Assembly: GCA_036493675.1 (NCBI GenBank) | Contig: DASXPJ010000055.1 | Span: forward strand, 5,010 to 69,009 | DNA from: Casimicrobiaceae bacterium | GTDB taxonomy: Bacteria > Pseudomonadota > Gammaproteobacteria > Burkholderiales > Casimicrobiaceae | DNA length: 64,000 bases | Direction: 5' to 3' | Part shown: positions 1 to 8,454 of the stretch, in pieces | How positions within the stretch are numbered: position 1 is the first letter of the stretch | Layout: each line of letters opens with the position of its first letter | The notes under the pieces: generated by a model | Databases searched by the model: none | The model's input: only the letters and a program-made list of their open reading frames with translations | What the model was told of the DNA's origin: nothing | Translations under genes and position numbers: made by a program

Positions 1-1
1 G

Positions 2-145
2 GTGACCGTCGCGCGCGCGGCACGGCGCCTGCGCGACGACTTCGAGCTTGAGCCACACGGTGTCGCCGTGCTTCTCGCCTATCTCGACCGGATTCGCGAG
101 CTTGAGTTCCAGCTGCGCGCCTTGAAAGCGCGATTGCCGCGATGA
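2..145 (+). CDS. CbpM-like (MerR-like) chaperone modulator, C-terminal fragment; 5' end lies outside the window
   Basis: Frame 2 is open from the window edge to TGA 143-145. The tail RDDFELEPHGVAVLLAYLDRIRELEFQLRALKARLPR follows the pattern of the CbpM C-terminal region (recalled from E. coli CbpM). The stop overlaps the next ATG (ATGA). Confidence 0.5.
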   Translation: MTVARAARRLRDDFELEPHGVAVLLAYLDRIRELEFQLRALKARLPR

Positions 146-708
146 GCCAGCGCGACCGGGCCGAGGGCGGGGTTATGCCCGTACTCCATTGGATGAAGTC
201 GCTGATAGCGACCCCCGCGCCCATCGCCCGCGTTCTGTTTGTGTGCACCGGTAATATCTGCCGTTCGCCCACCGCGGAAGGGGTATTTCGGGCGATGGTC
301 AAACGGGAAGGTCTCGCCGACCGCATTCTGATCGATTCGGCTGGAACGCACGACCATCAGCTTGGCCAGCGACCGGATCCGCGCGCTCTGACGGCGGCGC
401 GGCGCCGCGGGTACCAACTGGGCAAGTTGCGAGCGCGTCTCTTCGAGCCCGACGATTTCAAGCATTTCGACTGGATCCTGGCCATGGATCGCAGGCATCT
501 CGATTACCTGGAGTCGATGCGGCCGGCGGACTATCGCGGGCATCTCGGGCTGTTTCTCGCTCTTCTGGGCGACGACAGCGACGGCGAGATGCCCGATCCG
601 TACTATGGCGACGCCGGCGACTTCGAGCGCGTGCTGGACCTGACCGTCCCCGCCGCAGCCGCCCTGCTGCAGGCGATTCGCGAGAGCGCCGACGTGCCGA
701 GCACGTAG
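142..708 (+). CDS. low-molecular-weight protein-tyrosine phosphatase
   Basis: P-loop VCTGNICRSP (C-X5-R-S/T) and a downstream DPYYG Asp loop. The start is uncertain: ATG 142 gives a long N-terminus, and ATG 193 (MKSLI...) is equally plausible. Confidence 0.85.
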   Translation: MSQRDRAEGGVMPVLHWMKSLIATPAPIARVLFVCTGNICRSPTAEGVFRAMVKREGLADRILIDSAGTHDHQLGQRPDPRALTAARRRGYQLGKLRARLFEPDDFKHFDWILAMDRRHLDYLESMRPADYRGHLGLFLALLGDDSDGEMPDPYYGDAGDFERVLDLTVPAAAALLQAIRESADVPST

Positions 709-724
709 CGCCGTTCAGCGGCGC
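708..724. terminator. small GC hairpin between the convergent PTP and rne genes
   Basis: GCGCCG-TTCAG-CGGCGC read directly from the sequence. There is no clear U-tract. Confidence 0.3.
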
Positions 725-747
725 CGCGGCGGGACATGCACAGTGCG

Positions 748-3468
748 CTAGGCAGCCGGCGTCGGCGGATCCTTGTGGACGGTCTCGACCAGTTGCAGCG
801 GCTCGTCGCGTGTTTCGGTGCGCGCAGGGCGCACTCGGCGCGGACGAGGCGGTTCGGCAGGCTCGGGCGACTCGGCCGCGGGCACGAGTTCGCGCGCGGT
901 CTCGATCAGCACCAAGCCGGAATCCGGCGGCAACTCAAGCGAGACTTTGGGCAAATCCGGCATGGCACGCGGATGAGTGACCTCCACCCGAGAGCGGGCC
1001 GACGGTGGCTCGGGCGAGGTCAAGGCGGCGGGTGGGTCGATTATTGACGCGTGCGCCGGCGTAGCCGTCTCGGCATGCGCCGCCGTCGCGGGTAGCGCAT
1101 TAGCCTGGCTGGCTGTCTGGTCTTCAGGCACGACTGGCGTCCATACCGACGGTGGCGTTTCGTCGTCCCCGCGGTGCGCGCGTGAACTCGCCTCGTGTGC
1201 GGTCAGCAGGGGCTCGGGAGTGGATGGCGCGGCCATGACCGGCTCGTGGCTCTGCACTGGCGAGCGCGCCTCGGCGCGCTCGCCAGGTTCGGCACGCTCA
1301 CCTCGGTCTCGGCCGCCGCGGCGACGGTCGCGCCGGCGGCGGGAGCCTTCGCCCGCTTCGATGTTGCCGCCCACCCCGGAGGTTCCGTGCGCGGGGACAA
1401 TGGACTCGCCACCTTCCCGCGATTGCTGCGCGGCGCGCGGCTCGCGCGGCGCGCGTGGTCGATTCGGCTCGCGCTGGCCGTCACGCCCGTCGTGCCGCGG
1501 CGCGCCGCGGCCAGATTCGCGCTTTGCCTGGCCCTGCCCCCCCTGGGCTTGACGCTGTCGCTGCGGCTCCCGCTGCCTGTCCTTGGCCACATCGTCTCGC
1601 GCCGGTTCGCGGCGCTCGTCGCGCTGGCCCGAACGCGGCTGCTCGCGCTGGGCATCGCGATGACCGTGACTCTCGCGCCGCTCCTCGCGGTGGCCGCGAC
1701 GACCGCGTTCGTGGCTCCCGCGTCCGCGCGCTTCGCGAGTCGGCTCGCTGCGCGCTGGCGCAGGCACGGGCACGGCCGGTTTGTATCGGAACCAGCCGAG
1801 CACCTTGTTGAGCCAATTGACCTGCAGGGCGGGTTCAGCCTCGGTTTCGACGGGCATGGGCGCCGGCGCGCCGGTGGTGATGCCCTTGACCATCGCCTCC
1901 TGACGCGGCTCCTTGGCTTCTTCCTTCCTCTGCTTGACGGGGTCCTCTTCCTCAGGTTTTTCCACCATGTTGAACGAGGCGGGCAACGGCTCACCCTGGT
2001 TGAGATCGTCGTGGCGCAGGCGCGTCACCTTGTAATTAGGCGTCTCCAGGTAAGTATTGGGCACCAGCAGGACGTTGACCTTGAAGCGCGCTTCGATGGT
2101 GTGAATCTCAGCCCGCTTCTCGTTCAGCAGGAACGTGGCAACGTCGACCGGCACTTGCGCGATGATTTGCGCGGTGTTGTCCTTCATCGCTTCTTCCTGC
2201 AGGATGCGCAGGATGTGCAGCGCGGTCGATTCGGTGCCGCGGATATGGCCGATCCCATGGCAGCGCGGACACGGTATATACGCGGATTCGGCGAGTGCCG
2301 GACGCAGCCTCTGGCGCGAAAGCTCCATCAGTCCGAAACGCGAAATCTTGCCCAACTGCACGCGGGCACGATCGTACTTGAGCGCGTCCTTCAGGCGGTT
2401 CTCGACCTCTCGCTGGTTCTTCGCGCTCTCCATGTCGATGAAATCGATGACGATCAGCCCACCCAGGTCGCGCAGCCTCAACTGGCGGGCGATTTCATCG
2501 GCGGCTTCCAGGTTGGTGTTGAATGCCGTCGTCTCGATGTCGCCGGCCTTCGTGGCGCGCGCCGAGTTGACGTCGACCGAGACCAGCGCCTCGGTGTGAT
2601 CGATGACGATTGCGCCGCCCGCCGGCAGCGGGACCTGCCGTGCGTAGGCAGTCTCGATCTGATGCTCGATCTGAAAGCGTGAGAACAGCGGGACATCGTC
2701 CTTGTAGAGCTTGACGCGGCCGACGTTGGCCGGCATCACGTGGCTCATGAACTGCTGCGCCTGATCGAATATCGCCTCGGTGTCGATCAACAGCTCGCCG
2801 ATGTCGGGGTGAAAGTAGTCGCGGATAGCACGGATCACCAGGCTCGATTCCTGGTAGATCAGGAACGCGCCCGATTGGGTCTTGGCAGCGCCATCGATAG
2901 CCTGCCAGAGCTGCAGCAGATAATTCAGGTCCCACTGCAGCTCTTCGATCGAGCGGCCGATTCCGGCGGTGCGGGCGATCACGCTCATGCCGTTTGGCAC
3001 GTCGAGCTGGTTGATCGTATCGCGCAATTCGTTACGATCCTCGCCCTCGATGCGGCGCGATACGCCACCACCTCGCGGATTGTTGGGCATCAGCACCAGG
3101 TAGCGGCCGGCCAGCGAAATGTATGTCGTTAGTGCGGCACCCTTGTTACCGCGCTCATCCTTGTCGACCTGGACGATGAGCTCGTGGCCCTCCTTGAGCT
3201 GATCCTGGACCCGGGTCCTGGCATCGCCTTCGCGCAAGTAGTCGCGGGAAATTTCCTTGAATGGCAGGAAGCCATGGCGATCGGCGCCGTAGTCGACGAA
3301 GCAGGCCTCCAGGCTGGGCTCGACCCGTGTGATAACGGATTTGTAGATATTGCTTTTGCGTTGTTCCTTGCTGGCGGACTCGATGTCGAGGTCGACCAGT
3401 TTCTGGCCGTCGACGATCGCCACTCGAAGCTCTTCGGCCTGGGTGGCATTGAACAGCATGCGTTTCAT
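748..3468 (-). CDS. rne: ribonuclease E
   Basis: N-terminus [30 protein letters not shown] (S1 domain), a catalytic half, the CPRCHGIG Zn-link (CPxCxGxG), then a long Arg/Glu/Pro-rich tail. Start taken at ATG 3468 rather than the ORF-track start at 3486. Confidence 0.95.
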   Translation of the reverse strand: MKRMLFNATQAEELRVAIVDGQKLVDLDIESASKEQRKSNIYKSVITRVEPSLEACFVDYGADRHGFLPFKEISRDYLREGDARTRVQDQLKEGHELIVQVDKDERGNKGAALTTYISLAGRYLVLMPNNPRGGGVSRRIEGEDRNELRDTINQLDVPNGMSVIARTAGIGRSIEELQWDLNYLLQLWQAIDGAAKTQSGAFLIYQESSLVIRAIRDYFHPDIGELLIDTEAIFDQAQQFMSHVMPANVGRVKLYKDDVPLFSRFQIEHQIETAYARQVPLPAGGAIVIDHTEALVSVDVNSARATKAGDIETTAFNTNLEAADEIARQLRLRDLGGLIVIDFIDMESAKNQREVENRLKDALKYDRARVQLGKISRFGLMELSRQRLRPALAESAYIPCPRCHGIGHIRGTESTALHILRILQEEAMKDNTAQIIAQVPVDVATFLLNEKRAEIHTIEARFKVNVLLVPNTYLETPNYKVTRLRHDDLNQGEPLPASFNMVEKPEEEDPVKQRKEEAKEPRQEAMVKGITTGAPAPMPVETEAEPALQVNWLNKVLGWFRYKPAVPVPAPARSEPTREARGRGSHERGRRGHREERRESHGHRDAQREQPRSGQRDERREPARDDVAKDRQREPQRQRQAQGGQGQAKRESGRGAPRHDGRDGQREPNRPRAPREPRAAQQSREGGESIVPAHGTSGVGGNIEAGEGSRRRRDRRRGGRDRGERAEPGERAEARSPVQSHEPVMAAPSTPEPLLTAHEASSRAHRGDDETPPSVWTPVVPEDQTASQANALPATAAHAETATPAHASIIDPPAALTSPEPPSARSRVEVTHPRAMPDLPKVSLELPPDSGLVLIETARELVPAAESPEPAEPPRPRRVRPARTETRDEPLQLVETVHKDPPTPAA

Positions 3469-4066
3469 ATTCTTCCCCAGCGCCAATCCCGGCGGGGGCC
3501 TAGCGTACGGCGAAGCGGGCGACGCCCTTGCGGGCGCTTGAGCTAGCGGGCGGCGGGCGAGAGCGAGACGGGGCCACGCCGGCAGCGGTGGCTGCCTTGT
3601 GCGAGAGATAGGATGCGGATATCGGGCATCATCGGGCGGGGCCGGCCATGCTCAGTTGGGTGAGCACACCGGGGTTAGCCTGTTCTCGGGAGCGTGGATA
3701 ATGTTCTTCGCGTTATCGCTCAAACGGTCTGGTGGCTGAATCGGCGTTCCGGACGATTGCGCCCGGAGGCGTGCAGCCAGATACAGAATTCGTCGCGTTG
3801 TAAGTCGCGTTGCGCCGCGCGTCTTGCCGCTTCATCGTGCCACTGGCCGGTGCGGAGACTGCGCTCTTCCATTACCATCGTTACTTTTCCGGGACGCAGA
3901 GTCCGGACGGTGAACCGATTTAACCTCGCTGTCACAGCCTGCCCCGTCGCCAGGACCGGCAAGCGGTTGCAGACCCCGATGTTCGGGGTTCCGCGCTGGA
4001 GGGCGGGCACACGTCGCCCCGCAAAACCACCAGCCGCTTGTCGCTGCCAGCCACAATTATAATGAA
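3469..4066 (-). promoter_or_regulatory. 598-bp divergent rne/rluC intergenic region, probably containing a long structured rne 5' leader
   Basis: Unusually long non-coding gap upstream of rne. E. coli rne has a long autoregulatory 5' UTR. Hairpin ACCCCGA-TGT-TCGGGGT at 3973-3989; tandem GTCGCGTTG-TAA-GTCGCGTTG at 3792-3812. Confidence 0.5.
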
Positions 4067-5041
4067 ATGAATGATTTAAGCAAGGATGCTGTGAACCGCC
4101 TTGCAGTGGGGGAAGCGGGCGCCGGGCAGCGTGTCGACAATTTTCTCGTGCGGGTCCTCAAAGGCGTTCCCAAAAGCCATATCTATCGCATCCTGCGCAG
4201 CGGCGAAGTGCGGGTCAACCGCAAGCGCGTTCAGCCGGACACCCGCCTTGCGGTCGGCGACGAACTGCGTATTCCGCCGATACGTGTCGCGGAACAGAGC
4301 GCCGCTCGCAGCGCAGCCCGGCCTCGGCCGGTCGACCCTCCGGTTCTCTACGAAGATGACGCGCTGATTGCCATCGACAAGCCGGCGGGCCTTGCCGTTC
4401 ACGGCGGAAGCGGCGTCGCCTATGGCTTGATCGAGGGTTTGCGCGCCGCGCGCCCGCAGGCCAAGTTTCTGGAGCTCGTCCACCGCTTGGACCGGGGTAC
4501 GTCAGGGGTACTTCTGGTCGCCAAAAAACGCGCCGCGCTGGTCGCTTTGCACGCCGCTTTACGGGAAGGCCGCGTCGACAAGCGCTATTTCGTGCTGGTG
4601 GGCGGCAATTGGCGCGATGCCAAGCGGCAGGTCGATCTGCCGCTGACCAGATTTGTGACCGGCGCGGGCGAGCGGCGCGTGCGCGTCGAGCGCGGGGGCG
4701 GACAGCTCGCGCGCACGGTATTTCATCGTCGCGAGACTTGGCCCGACGCGGATCCGCCATTGAGTCTTCTCGAGGCGGAGCTTCATACGGGCCGGACGCA
4801 CCAAATACGGGTCCATTTGTCCCACCTGGGTTTTCCGCTCGCAGGGGATGACAAGTACGGAGACTTTGCCTGGAACAAGACACTTGTCCGCCAGGGGCTC
4901 AAGCGGATGTTCCTGCACGCGTGGCGGCTCAAACTCGCGCATCCCGTCGAGTCCCGCGAGATCACGGTCGAATCGCCGCTGCCACCCGATCTTGCCCATT
5001 TCATCGCGCGGCTGAGGCTCGTCGCTGCCGGCGATGTCTGA
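4067..5041 (+). CDS. rluC: 23S rRNA pseudouridine synthase, RluC-like (RluA family)
   Basis: N-terminal S4 domain and the HRLDRGTSGVLLVAKK catalytic-Asp motif. Divergent from rne, as in E. coli. Confidence 0.85.
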   Translation: MNDLSKDAVNRLAVGEAGAGQRVDNFLVRVLKGVPKSHIYRILRSGEVRVNRKRVQPDTRLAVGDELRIPPIRVAEQSAARSAARPRPVDPPVLYEDDALIAIDKPAGLAVHGGSGVAYGLIEGLRAARPQAKFLELVHRLDRGTSGVLLVAKKRAALVALHAALREGRVDKRYFVLVGGNWRDAKRQVDLPLTRFVTGAGERRVRVERGGGQLARTVFHRRETWPDADPPLSLLEAELHTGRTHQIRVHLSHLGFPLAGDDKYGDFAWNKTLVRQGLKRMFLHAWRLKLAHPVESREITVESPLPPDLAHFIARLRLVAAGDV

Positions 5042-5699
5042 GCGGCCGCAGCGCTATCGGTTGCTGGTATTCGACTGGGACGGAACGCTCGCCGATTCGA
5101 CGGCGCTGATAGCGGGAGCGATTCAGCAGACTTGCCGGGACTTGGGACTGCCCACACCCGACGACCGAAGCGCGAGGCACGTGATCGGGCTCGGACACAG
5201 GGATGCAATCAGCATAGTCGCACCCACGCTCGGCGCGGCGGACCTGGCGCGCTTTTCGGAGCTTTATCGCCTCCACTATCTGGGAGGCGATGCCGCCATC
5301 CCGCTATTCGACGGAGTGTCCGCAATGCTCGACGAGCTCGATCATCGCGGGTTCCTGCTCGGCGTGGCCACCGGCAAGACTCGCGCCGGTCTGGCGCGGG
5401 CGTTGGCACGTCATGGCATTGCCCACCGCTTCGTCGCATCGCGCTGTGCGGACGAGACTTTTCCGAAGCCCCATCCAGCCATGTTGCTATCGCTGATGGA
5501 GATCGTCGGCGTGGACCCTGGCGAAACGCTTATGATAGGCGACACGACACATGATCTGGAGCTCGCGCGCAATGCAGGCGTAAGCGCGGTTGCCGTTGCC
5601 TATGGGGCCCACCTGGCGGACGTGCTCGCCGCCATGGGGCCCACGGCGACTGTGCATTCGATTGGAGAATTGCGCTCATGGCTGGCAAAGAACGCCTGA
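5034..5699 (+). CDS. HAD-IA hydrolase, phosphoglycolate phosphatase-like
   Basis: Motif I FDWDGTL (DxDxT) and motif IV GDTTHD. Overlaps the rluC stop by 8 nt. Confidence 0.8.
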   Translation: MSERPQRYRLLVFDWDGTLADSTALIAGAIQQTCRDLGLPTPDDRSARHVIGLGHRDAISIVAPTLGAADLARFSELYRLHYLGGDAAIPLFDGVSAMLDELDHRGFLLGVATGKTRAGLARALARHGIAHRFVASRCADETFPKPHPAMLLSLMEIVGVDPGETLMIGDTTHDLELARNAGVSAVAVAYGAHLADVLAAMGPTATVHSIGELRSWLAKNA

Positions 5700-6025
5700 T
5701 CTGCGCCACCGGTGATCTCTTCGACGGGGGCACGGGCATTCGCTTCGAAGTGCGGTCCGACGGCGTGGCGCGTCCGGCATTCGCGATTCGGTGGCGCGGA
5801 GAGGTTCACGGCTACATCAACGAATGCCGTCATCAGCAAAGCGAACTCGACTGGGAGACGGGCGATTTCTTCGATGCCGCCAAGCTATACTTGGTGTGCG
5901 CAACGCACGGCGCGCTTTATGCGCCCGACAGCGGGCTTTGCATGGCGGGACCGTGCCGCGGCGCACGCCTCCAGGCGGTCATGCTGGCCGAGCACCATGG
6001 CGGGATCTACTGCATCGAGGATTGA
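5678..6025 (+). CDS. small Rieske [2Fe-2S] domain protein
   Basis: CRH ... CATH cluster-ligand motifs. Overlaps the HAD gene by 22 nt and abuts the sppA ATG. Confidence 0.75.
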   Translation: MAGKERLICATGDLFDGGTGIRFEVRSDGVARPAFAIRWRGEVHGYINECRHQQSELDWETGDFFDAAKLYLVCATHGALYAPDSGLCMAGPCRGARLQAVMLAEHHGGIYCIED

Positions 6026-6967
6026 ATGGCTGACGACAACTGGGAACGAGGCGTCCTTGAGCGACTGGCTACCGAAGGCTTGCGCGAGCAGCAGCGGGCG
6101 CGTCGTTGGAGCATATTTTTCAGGCTATTGGCGTCTGGCCTGGTAGTCATCGTGCTCATCGCGGTGCTGGGATCGATTGCCGGGGGCGAGCGAAGCTGTG
6201 CCGACAAATGCACTGCAGTGGTCGATGTCGAGGGCGAGCTTGATACCGACAGCCGGGCGAGCGCGGAGAATGTGATTCAGGGATTGCGAGCAGCCTTCAA
6301 GAACAAGACGACTCAAGGGGTCGTGCTGCGTATCAACAGCCCCGGCGGCAGCCCGGTGCAGGCCGGGGAGATCAACGACGAGATTCGCAGACTGCGCGGC
6401 AAATATCCCGACACGCCGATTTACGCGGTCGTCGAGGAAATCTGCGCCTCCGGCGCCTACTATGTCGCGGTCGCGACAGACAAGATCTATGTCGACAAGG
6501 CGAGCCTGATCGGCTCGATCGGCGTCATCATCGACGGTTTCGGATTCGTTGGCGCAATGCAAAAACTCGGCATCGAGCGACGCGCGATCATCTCGGGCGA
6601 AAACAAGACATTCCTCGATCCCTTCTCGCCCCTTCCGCCCAAGCAACGTGCCTACGCGCAGCAAATGCTGACCGAAATCCATGAGCAGTTCATCGCCGCG
6701 GTCAAGGACGGGCGTGGGGCGCGGCTGAAGGAGTCACCCGAGCTGTTTTCCGGACTCATCTGGAACGGCCAGCGGAGCATCGAGCTCGGTCTTGCCGACG
6801 CCTTGGGCAGCGTCGATTACGTCGCGCGCGACGTCATCAAGGCTGCCGACGTAGTGAATTTCACGCCGCAGGAAAATGTTTTCGAGCGGGTCGCGAGAAA
6901 GTTCGGCGCCAGCATGGGCAATAGCCTCATCTCAGGGGCAATTGCCGTGGGTCGACGCTCACGCTGA
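6026..6967 (+). CDS. S49 family signal peptide peptidase (SppA 36K/SohB-like)
   Basis: N-terminal TM helix, then LRINSPGGSPVQAGE and CASGAYYVA, typical of S49 peptidases. Confidence 0.85.
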   Translation: MADDNWERGVLERLATEGLREQQRARRWSIFFRLLASGLVVIVLIAVLGSIAGGERSCADKCTAVVDVEGELDTDSRASAENVIQGLRAAFKNKTTQGVVLRINSPGGSPVQAGEINDEIRRLRGKYPDTPIYAVVEEICASGAYYVAVATDKIYVDKASLIGSIGVIIDGFGFVGAMQKLGIERRAIISGENKTFLDPFSPLPPKQRAYAQQMLTEIHEQFIAAVKDGRGARLKESPELFSGLIWNGQRSIELGLADALGSVDYVARDVIKAADVVNFTPQENVFERVARKFGASMGNSLISGAIAVGRRSR

Positions 6968-6993
6968 GCTGCTTTGACTCGTAACCTGTCGCC

Positions 6994-7779
6994 TCACCGA
7001 GAAATGAGATGCCGCGTAGTGGCGAGCGCGATGGCTTCGCCGCGATTCGCGACAGCCAGCTTGCTAATAATGTTGCTAAAGTGGAAATTAACAGTACGTT
7101 CGGCAAGCCCCAGTTTTAGTGCAATGTCTGCGCTGGTAAGCCCCCGAGCTGCCATGCTCAAACATTGTGTCTCGCGTTGGCTTAGTGGCGCCCCACGATG
7201 CAGCGGTGGTATTCCCTTAGCAATAATGCTAGTTGCAAAAATCTCATGAACGTGAACGGCTAGCAGCATGATATCCCCGAGCTGCGCTGACCAAATTTGG
7301 CGCTTTGCGGCTGAAATGTGTCGGTCTGGGGCGTTCAGCGAAAGCATTACCTTGGCGTAAGAGTTATCGCGCAACGTAACGCTAACGCCACTCCCTATTT
7401 CATACCGAGCCGCTCTGTCGAGAAATCGCGCTATAGCTGCATTGCCATTGGCAACATCGGCGTCCCAAATGAGGGGTACAAGCCTAACCCAACAATGCGC
7501 GATGCGTGGATCGATCTCTATGTAACTTGCCGAATCATATTCGGCGGCCCACTCGGCAGGCGCGCTAGTGCAAAAATAAAACTGACTATCTTTGTCTGGG
7601 TGTGGGGCCGTTGTCATTCCAAAAACGAAGCTTGTAAAGCCAAGCGATTTCACGGCAGCCTGAACACATGCCTCCAATGCTTGGCCTCGTTGTGCGGCAG
7701 CTAGCAATGGAAAAAATACCGACGGCATCGGCGGGATTTGACCGACTGCCGACTCGTCTGGATGGATATTGATAAGCAT
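6994..7779 (-). CDS. LuxR-family regulator with an autoinducer-binding domain (orphan LuxR solo)
   Basis: EWAAEYDSASYIEIDP...LIW...GSG places the invariant Trp, Tyr, Asp-Pro and Trp at canonical LuxR/TraR spacing. C-terminal GerE HTH: LSQRETQCLSMAARGLTSADIALKLGLAERTVNFH. No luxI-like gene in the window. Confidence 0.85.
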   Translation of the reverse strand: MLINIHPDESAVGQIPPMPSVFFPLLAAAQRGQALEACVQAAVKSLGFTSFVFGMTTAPHPDKDSQFYFCTSAPAEWAAEYDSASYIEIDPRIAHCWVRLVPLIWDADVANGNAAIARFLDRAARYEIGSGVSVTLRDNSYAKVMLSLNAPDRHISAAKRQIWSAQLGDIMLLAVHVHEIFATSIIAKGIPPLHRGAPLSQRETQCLSMAARGLTSADIALKLGLAERTVNFHFSNIISKLAVANRGEAIALATTRHLISR

Positions 7780-7818
7780 GGCTATGACGACAATCCGTCA
7801 CGCTCGGGATCACAACAA

Positions 7819-7834
7819 CAGACGTGGACGTCTG
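7819..7834. promoter_or_regulatory. perfect 16-bp palindrome CAGACGTGGACGTCTG, 40 nt upstream of the luxR-solo ATG
   Basis: Read directly: 7-bp arms CAGACGT/ACGTCTG with a 2-bp spacer. Lies downstream of a plausible TTGTCA...CAGAAT promoter on the minus strand. Confidence 0.35.
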
Positions 7835-7974
7835 GGCGCAGGTTAGGAGGCGTTTAGCTTTGCCGACAGTTATTCTGAACACGAAACCATTTGTTTGACA
7901 ATGTTTTTTTGCATTATGCTTGTAGCGAACAAAAGGGTGGGCCTTGAGCGCCAATGAAAATGAGGCGCCGCGTA

Positions 7975-8454
7975 TTACTCGACCGCTTTGGGCACCTTTT
8001 GAACTCCATCGATGTGATCGCCGGCCGCGATGCCATGCTGCGCGAACCACCCCTTCTTCATCTCCAGCGCGAATAACGCCAACCCGCGCGAGTTGTGCGT
8101 CGTTTCTGTCTGGGGTGCCATGTCTTCGATGTTGAGAATCCGACCATCGGCGCCGACGAATGCGATCGACAGTGGAATGTAGGTGTCCTTCATCCAGAAT
8201 GCGAGCGGCTGCGGGGCCTCGAACATGAACAGCATGCCATTGTCGGTACGGAGGCTGAAGCGATGCATCAGGCCGACGGTTCGGGAGGCGACTGTCGCGG
8301 CGACCTCCGCCGTGACGCGATGGCCGTTGATCGCTAGCTCTGTGGTCGGCAGAGACTGCGCAAAGCAATGCGCTGCGTAGCTTAGCGCGACAAGGAGCAA
8401 TACACGTCGTCCAACGCGCGTGGTTACCGTGACACTCAGCCTAGGTCGAAACAT
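7975..8454 (-). CDS. DUF192 domain protein with an N-terminal signal peptide
   Basis: Signal-like RRVLLLVALSYAAHCFAQ, then GLMHR...GMLFMF...AFWMKDTYIPLSIAF, characteristic of DUF192 (COG1430). Confidence 0.75.
   Translation of the reverse strand: MFRPRLSVTVTTRVGRRVLLLVALSYAAHCFAQSLPTTELAINGHRVTAEVAATVASRTVGLMHRFSLRTDNGMLFMFEAPQPLAFWMKDTYIPLSIAFVGADGRILNIEDMAPQTETTHNSRGLALFALEMKKGWFAQHGIAAGDHIDGVQKVPKAVE

Noticed and set aside
1195-2682. 495-aa + strand ORF, and several other ORFs of about 60-260 aa within 748-3546
   Set aside because: All overlap rne, whose identity is certain. The biased composition keeps other frames open.
3693-3701. DnaA-box-like CGTGGATAA
   Set aside because: It is a single 8/9 match with no cluster of boxes and no AT-rich unwinding element, so it is not an origin. 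It is mentioned only as part of the rne leader finding.
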